A stretch of DNA of 55,475 nucleotides from a virus (lineage: Duplodnaviria; Caudoviricetes): IMG/VR virus record IMGVR_UViG_3300025430_000028, positions 1-55,475 of that record; one strand, given 5' to 3'. This document shows, piece by piece, positions 29,866 through 40,393 of the stretch. Each line of letters begins with the position of its first letter. Position 1 is the stretch's first letter. A program made the translations under genes and the position numbers. The notes under the pieces were generated by a model. The model made no database searches. It had not been told where the DNA came from and worked only from the letters and a program-made list of their open reading frames with translations.

Positions 29866-31293
29866 CTATGCAGATTGTACTTGGATGAACTGATTAGCAG
29901 CTGCAACCCTTATACCCCTGTATGTTATCATTTCAACGTGGTCACGCATTGTTCCATCGGTAGGGTTCTTAGAACCACCACCCCATTGCCATACTCTGAT
30001 TCCGTTACCTACAGTTCCACCCATTGGAGGTTGTTGGTACATAACAGTGATGTTTTTGTAAACCTTAGTAGCATCTTTTGCATCACGTGCAGTACCCATT
30101 GGGCAGATGATACCAAAATCTCTAAACGCATCATTTGTTGGAGTCTTACCAGTATAAGTTTCGGTGTTGAATTGTTTGTACTTCTTAACATCGAACTTGT
30201 AACCATCAATTTGGATTGATTGTACACCGTAGTTGATACGAGCTTCTTCTGAATTTTCGTTCTTACCCCAAACCCATGCACCAGCAGGGAATTCTTTGAA
30301 GATACCGTCAGAGAAGTTTTGTCTTTGATAAACGTCTTGTAACCAAAGGTTATCTTTAGCACAACCGTTTACGTCCATGATACGAGTGATTTCATGCAAT
30401 TTAGCAATATCAAGTACACCCGGAGTATAACCTACAGTTTCTCCTCTAGCAGTAACCTGAGAGATGAAACCTTGAGTACCTAATGAACCATTGATATTTG
30501 TATTGTTCTGAACATCACCACGCATTAATTTTTGCTCAATGTTATTCAAGAAACGTTGGTTAGATTTAACTAAGCCTTTGTAAGTGAAATAACTTGTTCC
30601 AGCTTGGTTACCACCTGCCATTTCTGAACCAGAAACTCCACTATTGTAGAATACTTCTGTCATTTCAGCTAAGTCAGTTGCTGCCCAGCTTTCACGCATT
30701 TGAGTAACGTTATTGTTATACTTAACGTCTAAGTGGATTAAAGGATTGATTTGGCTAGAAGCTTCACCAACGTCTGTATTACCACCGAAGATTAAGATTT
30801 CACCAGCAGCCAAGTTAACACTACCAGCAGATACGAAAGCTTGAGTAGTTTGTTTTGGAGCAACAGTAAAAGTGAAAGCACCCGGAGTAGTTGTATCCAA
30901 AGTAAGGATAACACCTTCAATGTTAGAAGATGCGATACGTACAGTTTCACCAACACGTAAAGGAGTTTCGGTGCTTGTATAGTAATCAGCAGAAGAAATA
31001 GATAAAGTAACAGTTGCACCAGCAGCAGGAGAGCTAACTTGGTTCAAGTTGGTTACAGCAACCATTAACTTACCACGAGATTCAAACCAAAAGAAGTTTT
31101 GGTTTTTTACTTCTTCCATTCCACCATATGTAGCAAGCCACATAAAGAATTCTTCAGAACCATATTTTTCTACGTATTTATCGTAGTACTGAGGAGTCAA
31201 TAACTGTAAGTCAGAAATCAACTGTTGATTTACACCACCTGCGAGACTAATCGCACCGGGCTGCAAAATATTCGATGTAGGTATCCCTGCCAT
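29866..31293 (-). CDS. major capsid protein (crAss-like lineage)
   Basis: 475 aa after the scaffold gene; YVEKYG...FFWFE.RGKL N-terminal pattern; biased high-expression codon use; followed by a terminator. Confidence 0.85.
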   Translation of the reverse strand: MAGIPTSNILQPGAISLAGGVNQQLISDLQLLTPQYYDKYVEKYGSEEFFMWLATYGGMEEVKNQNFFWFESRGKLMVAVTNLNQVSSPAAGATVTLSISSADYYTSTETPLRVGETVRIASSNIEGVILTLDTTTPGAFTFTVAPKQTTQAFVSAGSVNLAAGEILIFGGNTDVGEASSQINPLIHLDVKYNNNVTQMRESWAATDLAEMTEVFYNSGVSGSEMAGGNQAGTSYFTYKGLVKSNQRFLNNIEQKLMRGDVQNNTNINGSLGTQGFISQVTARGETVGYTPGVLDIAKLHEITRIMDVNGCAKDNLWLQDVYQRQNFSDGIFKEFPAGAWVWGKNENSEEARINYGVQSIQIDGYKFDVKKYKQFNTETYTGKTPTNDAFRDFGIICPMGTARDAKDATKVYKNITVMYQQPPMGGTVGNGIRVWQWGGGSKNPTDGTMRDHVEMITYRGIRVAAANQFIQVQSA

Positions 31294-31326
31294 TTTGAAT
31301 AAATTTTGTTTGGGTTAATAATAATT

Positions 31327-32481
31327 TTAACTAGAGAAAAACAAAGAAGCCATTTTATCCATTTCTGATTTAGAATTTTCAGGAGTAAATGTACTTTGGT
31401 TTTCGGGTTTAATTTTAATATTACTCGTTGATTTAATCAAGTGTTCTTGCATTTTAGCAGCCGTTTCATTAGCAATTTTTTGAAAAGCTTTTTCTGAGTT
31501 TTCTAACAAATAAATGTCCTTCATTATTTGCTGAATGTCAGGCTTATCATTTCTAATCCAACGAGATGTAAAATATGCTTCTTGGTCAAAGTTACTCAAC
31601 GCATTTTTAAGGGCTACTTTTTCATCATCAGATGGTGTAAATGATACTGGGAATTCTGCTTCAGAATTTTTTGCAGTAACATTAAAACCATTGAAGTTTT
31701 TATAATCTCCCTCTAATGTCTGTAAGTAAGAGTTTCTAAGATTTTCCGCTATCGCCAATTCTTCTTTTGAAGGCGAATTATCTTGTACTTGTCTATTTAT
31801 ATCAGGTAATACTAAACTTGGTCTATACTTATCAATTTCGGGTTTAGCTAGTTTAGCTTCAATCATTAATTCTTTTTCAGCTAATGACTTTTGCTTCTCC
31901 CAAATTGCTAATTTTCTATCATAATCTTCATCTGTATCATCTAAGCTTTGCTCTGGCTTTTCAGGAATAGAAAATTGCTTATTAAACTTATATTCAATTT
32001 CATCTTGACTTAAATCAGGATATTTCTTTTGAAGATTAAATTTAATAATATCAGATGCTATATCAGTATTATCTACATTTGAATTTGCAAGAGATTCTAT
32101 TTTCTTTTTCTCTGCAAGATAATTGTAGACTTCATCTTCCTTACCATCTTTCAATAATTTAAAGAACTTTTCGCTTTCTTCATTCTCAAAGCTTAAATCT
32201 TGACTTTTTTGGTTTTTTAGCCTATTAAATTCATCAATAGCTACTTCTTCATTATCAAAACCAAATTTTTCCTTTAGGTATTGGTTGTAGTCAACAACTG
32301 GAGCTTCCTGTTTTGCAGGCTCTTCTTGCTGTTTTTGTTCAACTTCTACTTTAGGCTGTTCTTGTGGTTGTTGTCTTTCATTTTCCCATGAATCTTCTGA
32401 AAATGGGTTGTAATTTGACGCTTGCACTTCTTGTGCAGGTTGTTCATCTCGAACAACATTTTCTTGTAATTCTTCTGACAT
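31327..32481 (-). CDS. putative scaffolding protein
   Basis: Very acidic, helical, immediately upstream of the MCP. Confidence 0.65.
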   Translation of the reverse strand: MSEELQENVVRDEQPAQEVQASNYNPFSEDSWENERQQPQEQPKVEVEQKQQEEPAKQEAPVVDYNQYLKEKFGFDNEEVAIDEFNRLKNQKSQDLSFENEESEKFFKLLKDGKEDEVYNYLAEKKKIESLANSNVDNTDIASDIIKFNLQKKYPDLSQDEIEYKFNKQFSIPEKPEQSLDDTDEDYDRKLAIWEKQKSLAEKELMIEAKLAKPEIDKYRPSLVLPDINRQVQDNSPSKEELAIAENLRNSYLQTLEGDYKNFNGFNVTAKNSEAEFPVSFTPSDDEKVALKNALSNFDQEAYFTSRWIRNDKPDIQQIMKDIYLLENSEKAFQKIANETAAKMQEHLIKSTSNIKIKPENQSTFTPENSKSEMDKMASLFFSS

Positions 32482-32491
32482 ATTTCTATTT

Positions 32492-32872
32492 TTATGTTAA
32501 CGTTAGCATGTAGGCTACATGAGCAAACAATCCGCTTAAATCTTGAGCCATATTTTCAATATCACAATATTCTTTTTCTTCAGCCCATTCATACATCTCA
32601 TGTGAAAAATCTAGCCCATCTTTTATTAACTGATTAACGGCTTCTTTGCTATATATTGGCAGCTCATCCAATTTAGCTTTACCTATTCTCTTACCATTTT
32701 GGTATCCCATTAATTTCTCTAAAATATTATCTTTTACATCATGCACTCCTTGATATATTTTATGAAGAGCTTTATGTTCTTCAAAATTTCTAGTATCTAA
32801 ATGCAAAGAATGTGCAACATTTTGCAATGAAAATAGCTTAGATTTAATTACTTCAGGTGTTATTTGTGCCAT
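32492..32872 (-). CDS. ferritin-like four-helix protein (DUF5856-like)
   Basis: H..H..T....EHKAL...Y motif, E..MG, and YMLTLT C-terminus. Confidence 0.7.
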   Translation of the reverse strand: MAQITPEVIKSKLFSLQNVAHSLHLDTRNFEEHKALHKIYQGVHDVKDNILEKLMGYQNGKRIGKAKLDELPIYSKEAVNQLIKDGLDFSHEMYEWAEEKEYCDIENMAQDLSGLFAHVAYMLTLT

Positions 32873-32874
32873 TA

Positions 32875-33228
32875 TTAACTGATTTTTGATAATTGTAATA
32901 ATACTTTTGTTGCAGCAGCAGAAGTGCCGCCATATTGTAAATATCTACCTACTACATTTGTTCTATATAAACCAGCAGCAGCTACAGCAGTTACTAAAGT
33001 TCCATCAGCTAATTTTGTAGCAGATACAGTTTGATAATTTGTAGAAGTTGCATCATATCCGTATGAATATGGTGCACTTGGAGTTCCACTATCATTTGTA
33101 GCTGAAATATTTATAGTTCCTGTAGGTCCTACAAACTGAACTACAACATAGTCGTAATTACTAACATCAATTTTAAAACCATTATTGGCATTAAAACTTT
33201 GGGTTAAATCGAGGTATTGGGCTAACAT
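32875..33228 (-). CDS. small beta-rich putative virion protein
   Basis: 117 aa, Thr/Ala/Val-rich, between portal and scaffold. Confidence 0.55.
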   Translation of the reverse strand: MLAQYLDLTQSFNANNGFKIDVSNYDYVVVQFVGPTGTINISATNDSGTPSAPYSYGYDATSTNYQTVSATKLADGTLVTAVAAAGLYRTNVVGRYLQYGGTSAAATKVLLQLSKIS

Positions 33229-33246
33229 CTTTTGTTATTTTAATTT

Positions 33247-35709
33247 TTATGATTGTGGTTGATTAGATTCGGCTTCACTTGGTTGCTCTTGAGCTTCTTG
33301 TTCTTGACCTTCACCTTGCTCTTGTTGTTGCGGCTCTTGAGCTTCTTGACCTTGTTGTTCCTGTCCTTGCTCTTGTCCTTGTTGTTGTTGAGCTGCCATT
33401 TGCTGTTCTTGTTGCATTTGCTGAGCCATTGCTTGCTCTGCTTGATGGTTCTCAATAACCAAAGGTACTTCAATATTCTTAATTATTTCATTTGCAAGTA
33501 CTTTAAGCTCATTTGGCATTGGTATATTAGCCTTAGCTAAATCAATCATCCCTTGCATTATTATTTGTCTTTCCTTAGCTTGGTTTTTCTTATTCTCTAA
33601 TGCATCATCTGATTGAGCCTTTTGTTGTGCTGAAGCTTGTTGAATCTGAGCATTTTCTTGACTATTCTTAGAAGCAATATCCTGCTGAGACTTAATCATT
33701 TTCTTCATAGCCTGTCTATAGTATAACTCAGCAAGTTTTACATTTTCTTTAGCTATTCTAATAAGTTTAAATTGGTCTATATATAAAGCAAAATTTGGAT
33801 TAGAAGCAATAGCCGTATTAATCATTTGATTTAAAACTGCTATTTCTTGACCTGTAGGTAACATCATAGACCTAGTTGAGAAATTCCTTCCCTTAACCTC
33901 ATCTTCTTTTAAAATATGCCTATACACGCCAGATTGGTATGTAACGCTTTTATTTAACAACGCAGCAACTTTTGTTGCAGTATCTTCCATGCAATGTAGA
34001 TATGCATCATACATATAATCAGTTGCATTATCACTTTCTGACATAGAAGCTTGAACATTACCTTCTGTAACTCTTGGCTGAGAAGCTCTTTGAATTAAGT
34101 TAGGGTCATCTCCAAGTTCATCTTTCAATACCTGATAATGGAATTGATATAATTGAATCAAAGCTTGCATTTGAGATACAAAGCCCGAATTTTGTAATTC
34201 TGTAATAGGAACTGGTATATTATTACCTTCGGCATCCTTACCACGATAATATAAATTACCTGTCTGTTCCCATATTTTTTGAACTTCTAATGGCTTAGTT
34301 GAATCTGCAAGACCTAAATCTAATTCTTGTAATGAATCAACATTTACAGCAGCTCCGGCAGGTTTCATCTTAGCAACTAATTGCTGAATCTTTAATCTAG
34401 CCAAAATCATTTGCTCAACAGGTTCTTCAACTTTTTCAGGGACAGCCAAGTTACGCATATCATAGTTCTGATACATGTACATTGAGTATGAAAACTCTGC
34501 ATCTCCTAATTCTTTAGGGTCTTGAGGGCGAATCATATTAGTTTTCAATCCCCATTTTAATACTGTTGAAGTATTAATAACATAAATACCTTCGTATATA
34601 TTCCACTTCTTATCTTCTAAAAACTCTTGATTTTCATCAAGTTTGTTAGGCATGCCTTTAGTTAAAATTGTACTTTTATTTTTCTTAGTTACAGTTTTAA
34701 CGTAAGGTTTTTTATCTACACTTCTTATTTCAAATCTAATACAATCAACGTTCCATTCATCATAAGGTCTTACAAACATGAAATTCCAGTCATGTAACCA
34801 TGTAAGTTTATCTAAATATTGATATTCTTTTGCTATTTGAGCTATTTCAAATATAGCTTCTTCTGTAAGTGGGCCGCCAAATTGTTTACTATAATTAGCT
34901 CTTAATTCGCTAATCTTCATACTAAATACATGTCCTCTCCATGTAGTATCTCTAAAATCAGGATACTCAGAGTAAGAATAAACAACGTTTTCTGGTTTAA
35001 TCCAATCAACGTGAACTTCTCCTGTTTCATCCATATATGTATAAGTACAAACTAATCCAACCTCTGCACTATCATGTAAAGCTTTAGCTTTATTTACATC
35101 GTACCATCCGTTAGCTTGTAATATATTATTTACCCCTATCTCGTATTTTATTTCTTCAGGAAGTCTATTAAACTCTGCAACCCAAGCATCAAGGTCATCC
35201 TTATCTTCTGCAACAAATTGGTCTTTACCAATCATTGGAACTCCTGACTCTTCTTCTAGCTTCTTTAATACTTCTTTATTATCAAAAACAAATTCAGCTT
35301 GCTCTGCTGCATCACTTTTTTCACTAGCGGATATTGGGTCAATAGCTGTTACAGCTATTTTTTCATATCTACGCATCCAACTACCTACTAATCTTGCTAT
35401 AGTTGTAGCAACAATTGCAGGAGCTTTCCAGCTAATATTAGTATAGTTTATTTTACCATTGAACTCAAGTCTATCTTGAAACATTCTTTGGATGTCTACC
35501 TTACCATTAGCTACTAGCCTATTTTTCCTAAATCTTTGATTTCTTAAATAAAAGTAAGAATTAGTACCTCTTACGATACCATTAATATATTGCGCTATCT
35601 GCTTTCCGTACTCCCAATCTGTTTTAGATTTGGAATCTTCAGTAAGCAAAAAAGACTTCAGATTAGACTCTGTAGCTACAGGACTGCTATTAAATAGTTG
35701 ATTTGACAA
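33247..35709 (-). CDS. portal protein (crAss-like) with Gln/Glu-rich C-terminal tail
   Basis: 820 aa directly after the terminase; NISW, KVEEP.EQM.LA.LKIQQLVAKMKP.G and QTG.LYYR motifs. Confidence 0.85.
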   Translation of the reverse strand: MSNQLFNSSPVATESNLKSFLLTEDSKSKTDWEYGKQIAQYINGIVRGTNSYFYLRNQRFRKNRLVANGKVDIQRMFQDRLEFNGKINYTNISWKAPAIVATTIARLVGSWMRRYEKIAVTAIDPISASEKSDAAEQAEFVFDNKEVLKKLEEESGVPMIGKDQFVAEDKDDLDAWVAEFNRLPEEIKYEIGVNNILQANGWYDVNKAKALHDSAEVGLVCTYTYMDETGEVHVDWIKPENVVYSYSEYPDFRDTTWRGHVFSMKISELRANYSKQFGGPLTEEAIFEIAQIAKEYQYLDKLTWLHDWNFMFVRPYDEWNVDCIRFEIRSVDKKPYVKTVTKKNKSTILTKGMPNKLDENQEFLEDKKWNIYEGIYVINTSTVLKWGLKTNMIRPQDPKELGDAEFSYSMYMYQNYDMRNLAVPEKVEEPVEQMILARLKIQQLVAKMKPAGAAVNVDSLQELDLGLADSTKPLEVQKIWEQTGNLYYRGKDAEGNNIPVPITELQNSGFVSQMQALIQLYQFHYQVLKDELGDDPNLIQRASQPRVTEGNVQASMSESDNATDYMYDAYLHCMEDTATKVAALLNKSVTYQSGVYRHILKEDEVKGRNFSTRSMMLPTGQEIAVLNQMINTAIASNPNFALYIDQFKLIRIAKENVKLAELYYRQAMKKMIKSQQDIASKNSQENAQIQQASAQQKAQSDDALENKKNQAKERQIIMQGMIDLAKANIPMPNELKVLANEIIKNIEVPLVIENHQAEQAMAQQMQQEQQMAAQQQQGQEQGQEQQGQEAQEPQQQEQGEGQEQEAQEQPSEAESNQPQS

Positions 35710-35794
35710 ACTAAAATATATTTTTCGTAGGTCAAATATAGTTCATTTTTCAAATAAAAATGATTTTTTCTTAAAATAGTGTTAATTTTTACTA

Positions 35795-37873
35795 TTAATT
35801 TAAGCTTCCTCCAACTGATTGATAGTCTTTTTGATAAACTTTAATAATTGGTTCTGATATTCTATTTGGAGAATTTAATGGTTCTAATGCACAACATAGT
35901 GTAATCATAGCAGCAACAACTAAATCCGATTTAGTTCTATTTTCTGCTTCAAATAATAACATTTGTTCTAATAATACATCAAAATATACTGTCTGACAAT
36001 AGCTATTTTTATCTTCATAATCATCAACATAAGCTATTAAAGTATCTAATTGTCTTGTCATTGCAAAAGGAGTAATAGGGAATCCATAATATCTTTCCTC
36101 TGAACTTCTTTTTTCTATAGGAATACAACTTAATGGATATTTGCCTAAATAACCCAGCCTTCCTCTATCTTTAAAATATTCAAAATAACTATCGGCAGTT
36201 TTTTCAATCCATATTTTGCATCCATAATATTCAGAAGCCAACATCATCTGTTCATGGAAAAGCTCCTTAGTTCTTGGTCTACCAAAATACATAGCAATTA
36301 ATTGCATTGTTTTTCTATTCATTACAAAAGCCCCAGCCATAGAACCGTATTTGCGTCCTCCTTGAGAAGCACTAAATCCATCAGCTCCAATTACATAATC
36401 TGAGATATTTGCAGGCCTTCTTAATTTATCTCTTATTTGAAATTTATTCTCTTTACCTTTCTCTGGGAATGAAAGTATTTTCCAAACACCCGATTCTTCT
36501 TCTCTCCATCCAACTGTTTGGTCTAATTTTCTATAAAAAGTAACTGTTCTAAATACTGGAGGATTTTCTTCTATATGCTTTAATTGCTTCTTTATATTTA
36601 TAGAATTAAAATGGCATCCAGAAATAGCAGACATAAACATTTCATCTTCATCACATGGATTCATACGTATCTCTTCTTCTAATTCATCTCCATCCATTCC
36701 ATCACGTCTCTTTACAGCTATATAACTTCTAGCACCCATTAATATATCTTCCTCAGATAATTCAGATATTAAATCATTCGTTTCTTCATCTCTTTTAACC
36801 CATTTTGATACTAAATATCTATATTGTTCATCTGTTGGAGTGTCTATTACACTCATTCCATACTCATCAATAAAACCTTCGTATCCATCATATGCAGGAG
36901 TAAAATATCTAACAAGCCTATTTGTTGTAGGTTTCTTTTTAAAATGGTCGGCAGCCTTCCAAATCTTTTGAAACTCAGCTCCACTACCTTTTGTTAAACT
37001 ATTTACAGTAGATGGCATCTCTACAAAACCAACTCTCTTAACCCCTTTAACTAATGTTTTAGATACGATTGAAAGTAATTGAGATGCAGGCACTTCTTTG
37101 GGTAATTTACCAAACTCATCTAATAATATACGACTCATTCTACCTCTATCGTAAGCATTTAATACAGGAGCTTTGTAATTAATCCTAGACCTATGTCCGG
37201 AATCTTCACTCATTGCAGCAGCTTCTCCTTCTTTTATATTTTGAGACTTATGGGCGAATACTAATTCAGTTACAGCATCTTCTTTATTAGTTTGCTTTGG
37301 TTTTAAAAATACAGGTAATTGCCTATACCCAAATGAAATCATATCCGTAAAAGTATCCCTACCATCATCTTTTGTCTTAGAAATCAAACCGCAGTTTGAA
37401 TTTTTAAAGAATATAGCTTCGTAAACAAGATTAGAACAAGCTTGAGATGAAGCCCCTTCACGTCTTTTTTTACCTCTAATAACACCCAAAACCCATAAAA
37501 TAGACTCCCAATAATTTAAATACAAATAATATCTTCTATCTGTATCACGATATGATGGATATATGTCATCCTCAAGCTTCCACCATTGTAAATAAAAATA
37601 ATTTTTACCTGTTATATAAGTAGGTACTTCATTATTTAAAAACCAATATCCTTGCTTACATCTTTTAACTTCTTCTGATGCATAAGCTTCTTGAGCATCT
37701 GTAAGTAATAAATCTCCATTTTTATCATATACAACCTTATCAAAGAATTTAGGTAACTCTTTTCTTTGCCACTTTTGTTGTTCCTTAGGGCAACCATAGC
37801 CATCTATTTTTTCAATAGGCGGTTGTTCTGGTAGCTTAATATTGGTATTATATATATTTATTGTTTCTTGCAT
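35795..37873 (-). CDS. terL: terminase large subunit
   Basis: K.RR.G.S Walker-A variant, YD.G...LLDEFGK Walker B, C-terminal RNase H-like nuclease (IGAD, WIE, RTKSD). Confidence 0.9.
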   Translation of the reverse strand: MQETINIYNTNIKLPEQPPIEKIDGYGCPKEQQKWQRKELPKFFDKVVYDKNGDLLLTDAQEAYASEEVKRCKQGYWFLNNEVPTYITGKNYFYLQWWKLEDDIYPSYRDTDRRYYLYLNYWESILWVLGVIRGKKRREGASSQACSNLVYEAIFFKNSNCGLISKTKDDGRDTFTDMISFGYRQLPVFLKPKQTNKEDAVTELVFAHKSQNIKEGEAAAMSEDSGHRSRINYKAPVLNAYDRGRMSRILLDEFGKLPKEVPASQLLSIVSKTLVKGVKRVGFVEMPSTVNSLTKGSGAEFQKIWKAADHFKKKPTTNRLVRYFTPAYDGYEGFIDEYGMSVIDTPTDEQYRYLVSKWVKRDEETNDLISELSEEDILMGARSYIAVKRRDGMDGDELEEEIRMNPCDEDEMFMSAISGCHFNSINIKKQLKHIEENPPVFRTVTFYRKLDQTVGWREEESGVWKILSFPEKGKENKFQIRDKLRRPANISDYVIGADGFSASQGGRKYGSMAGAFVMNRKTMQLIAMYFGRPRTKELFHEQMMLASEYYGCKIWIEKTADSYFEYFKDRGRLGYLGKYPLSCIPIEKRSSEERYYGFPITPFAMTRQLDTLIAYVDDYEDKNSYCQTVYFDVLLEQMLLFEAENRTKSDLVVAAMITLCCALEPLNSPNRISEPIIKVYQKDYQSVGGSLN

Positions 37874-38223
37874 TAATCTCTTTTATCTGCTATTGTATCT
37901 ACGAAAGGCTTCTTGGTTGTATCTTTTTTCTCATCTCCTGTTATACCTGCAATTACTCCCAAAGCGGATGCTGATGCAGAAATAGTCTCACATTTTTGCA
38001 ATAATAATATTATTCTATCAAATGCTTTACTATTCTTATCATCCATGTCTATATTCTCTAAATTTTGCTTATTTAAAGTATTAGCCATCTCAGACATTTT
38101 TCTTTGAAGACTATAATATAATTTAGCATCTCCATTTTCATATTTTTGTTTTTCACCTAATAAAAAAGCATTTGAGGCTTCTAAGTCTTTTATTTTGTTT
38201 TGTAATTCTATAATATCTTCCAT
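37873..38223 (-). CDS. hypothetical protein, terminase small subunit candidate
   Basis: 116 aa helical, stop overlaps the terL start; assignment is positional only. Confidence 0.45.
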   Translation of the reverse strand: MEDIIELQNKIKDLEASNAFLLGEKQKYENGDAKLYYSLQRKMSEMANTLNKQNLENIDMDDKNSKAFDRIILLLQKCETISASASALGVIAGITGDEKKDTTKKPFVDTIADKRD

Positions 38224-38224
38224 A

Positions 38225-38890
38225 TTAATTTATTTTAATTGCATCTTCTGGAGTTAATCCAATTAATAATTCTCCTTTTTCAACTAACTTAGTTGTAATA
38301 TTATCTATACAAATAACTTCTTCTCGTTCGTTATATTCTTTTTCAAAATGCCTTAGCCTTATAATCCTTTGTTCTCTATCATCATCTCCCTGATATATTA
38401 TTTCATAATCACTAGCCTTTAATACATCGCATACTTTACCTTTTAATTCACCACTTGTAATGTACAATTTATTTTTTATAACAATAGGCGGAACTCCTAC
38501 CATTGATGCTGAATATGGTTTAAATATTCTAAGCGCAGTAGCATATCCATGACATGGAGTATAGCCTTCCGAGCTATCCTTTCTATATAAAAAGCAATCT
38601 GACTCTGGTATTGAAAACAATTTTATATCTGAATCAGATATTAATATGCCTGCATTTTCATTATCAAATATCCTATTTACTTCATGAGTAGAGTTATGGT
38701 GTATCAATACTTCATATCCACTTGGTATATTTTCTGATGATACTATAATAGCATTTACTGACTGAGTCTCTCTTCTATTAAGATTTTCAACCCCTCTTTC
38801 TAGTCTTATTTTAGTTCCATCATTGAAAGTATGGCTATTTTTCCTTTCAAGGTCTACTTTTATTACTGTTCTTCCTTTTACGTGTTTCAT
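38225..38890 (-). CDS. hypothetical protein, possibly two divergent GroES-like domains
   Basis: G.EVLIHHN and S.YEI..G segments resemble degenerate GroES-fold proteins of Bacteroidota phages. Confidence 0.45.
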   Translation of the reverse strand: MKHVKGRTVIKVDLERKNSHTFNDGTKIRLERGVENLNRRETQSVNAIIVSSENIPSGYEVLIHHNSTHEVNRIFDNENAGILISDSDIKLFSIPESDCFLYRKDSSEGYTPCHGYATALRIFKPYSASMVGVPPIVIKNKLYITSGELKGKVCDVLKASDYEIIYQGDDDREQRIIRLRHFEKEYNEREEVICIDNITTKLVEKGELLIGLTPEDAIKIN

Positions 38891-38901
38891 TGTTTTTTAT
38901 T

Positions 38902-39573
38902 TTACATTCCGGGTGTTTCTCTAACTAATTTTTGTAAATCAGGATTTTTTTTGATTATATTTTCCCTTATATCTATAACTCTTTTACCATATACAGGATT
39001 TTTATTCATATTTAATGGCTTACTACCTACATTCATTCCATAATAAGTATTAGTATTATCTTCACTCTTAGGACTTATTACACCATATCCATTCCAAGAT
39101 TGTATTAAATCTGGTTCATTTGTTTTACCTAAATTATTTTTAGCATGATTAATTTTATCTTTAAGCATATCCATAAACATAGCTATATGGTCTCCATCAT
39201 TCTTTATAAACTTCTCATGGTAGTTATCATCATAATTTTGACTTATTTGAAATGGATTATCCGGCCTACTATCAGAAGAAGAACCATATCCTGATTCCTG
39301 ATGCGCCATAGCTAATGCAGTATTGGGGTCTATGCCTTTTATCTTGGCTTGACGTATAATTTCTTTAAGTAATCCAGTATCTGCGGTATAATTTAATTTA
39401 TTCTTATCTGTAATTTTATTACCACTTGCAGCATCAACAGTCCTATTATCTGCTATTTTTATTACATCTGGTAAAGGATTAGAAGTATAAATCTTTAAGG
39501 GTAAAGTACTTAACTGATTGGCCTCAACTGCTCTTTGTGGTTGTGGCTGAGGTTTTAAAAATCCTAGTGGCAT
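38902..39573 (-). CDS. lytic transglycosylase/lysozyme-like (SLT) protein
   Basis: IDP..ALAMAHQES catalytic Glu, NPFQI and WNG.G motifs. Confidence 0.7.
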   Translation of the reverse strand: MPLGFLKPQPQPQRAVEANQLSTLPLKIYTSNPLPDVIKIADNRTVDAASGNKITDKNKLNYTADTGLLKEIIRQAKIKGIDPNTALAMAHQESGYGSSSDSRPDNPFQISQNYDDNYHEKFIKNDGDHIAMFMDMLKDKINHAKNNLGKTNEPDLIQSWNGYGVISPKSEDNTNTYYGMNVGSKPLNMNKNPVYGKRVIDIRENIIKKNPDLQKLVRETPGM

Positions 39574-39574
39574 A

Positions 39575-40393
39575 TTAAATATTTTTGTGCAAGTTAACTA
39601 ATTTTTCAAAATAATACTCTAAAGCGTTCTGATGATAGAAACCATAATTATGATTCCCTACAAATGGAGTGCAATTTGGTGCTGACCCAAATAATTCTAA
39701 AATACTAGGCAAATTCATTGCTCTATTTAAATTCCAACAAAAACTTTGATTTCCTAAAAAGAATTTACTTTCCTGCATTATTTGAGCTAATTCTAAAAAA
39801 TTATCAACTTGAAGATATGGTAAATCTAAATCCCATTTATCGCAAAATTCTGCATGTTCATTTGGAGTTCCTGTAAATAAAATATCATTTTCATATTTCT
39901 TTAAAAAGTAATAATGAATAAATTGATTTCTATATCTACTTGTAAAATTTACTAATATTTTTCCCTTGCATCTTTCAGGTATCGTTCCACGTGGAACTTC
40001 TATCCATGCTCTTGAAATATCATAAGCTAAATCAGGGAAAGCCAAAGCATACCAAGATTGCAAAGAACCAAATGGCATATTTACATCTATCTTTCCTCTT
40101 ATATCGTTAAAATCTACAATTATTTCTTGCCCAGTAAACTCTTCTAGTTTCGATATATATGGTTGACATTCAATCAATGGCTTTATTAAATCAAACATAT
40201 TTTTATTACACATAACTTGTTTCCCATTTTCTTGAGTGGGATGAGTGTAATTTTGATGATATATGCCATCAACATTTAATTGCTGCATATATACAATTTG
40301 ATTTCCGGTTAATTCCCAAAACCCTTTTAATCCTGCAAGAGATGCAATAAGGTCTCCTATGTTACACGAGTGTCTTACTGTAATTGGTTTCAT
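39575..40393 (-). CDS. glycosyltransferase, GT9 (heptosyltransferase)-like
   Basis: IGDLIASL N-terminal motif; LELAQIM..SKFFLGNQS.....A.N.P C-terminal motif. Confidence 0.7.
   Translation of the reverse strand: MKPITVRHSCNIGDLIASLAGLKGFWELTGNQIVYMQQLNVDGIYHQNYTHPTQENGKQVMCNKNMFDLIKPLIECQPYISKLEEFTGQEIIVDFNDIRGKIDVNMPFGSLQSWYALAFPDLAYDISRAWIEVPRGTIPERCKGKILVNFTSRYRNQFIHYYFLKKYENDILFTGTPNEHAEFCDKWDLDLPYLQVDNFLELAQIMQESKFFLGNQSFCWNLNRAMNLPSILELFGSAPNCTPFVGNHNYGFYHQNALEYYFEKLVNLHKNI

Noticed and set aside
28878-29866. GIY-YIG gene as a group I intron splitting the capsid gene
   Set aside because: The MCP ends with a normal stop and terminator, the endonuclease has its own promoter, and no downstream exon or intron core is evident.
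29875-31019. ORFs overlapping the capsid gene (29875-30219, 30009-30362, 30792-31019)
   Set aside because: Shadow frames arising from strong codon bias; no start context or motifs.
33240-33540. Alternative-frame and antisense ORFs over the portal C-terminus
   Set aside because: By-products of the low-complexity CAA/GAA Gln/Glu tail.
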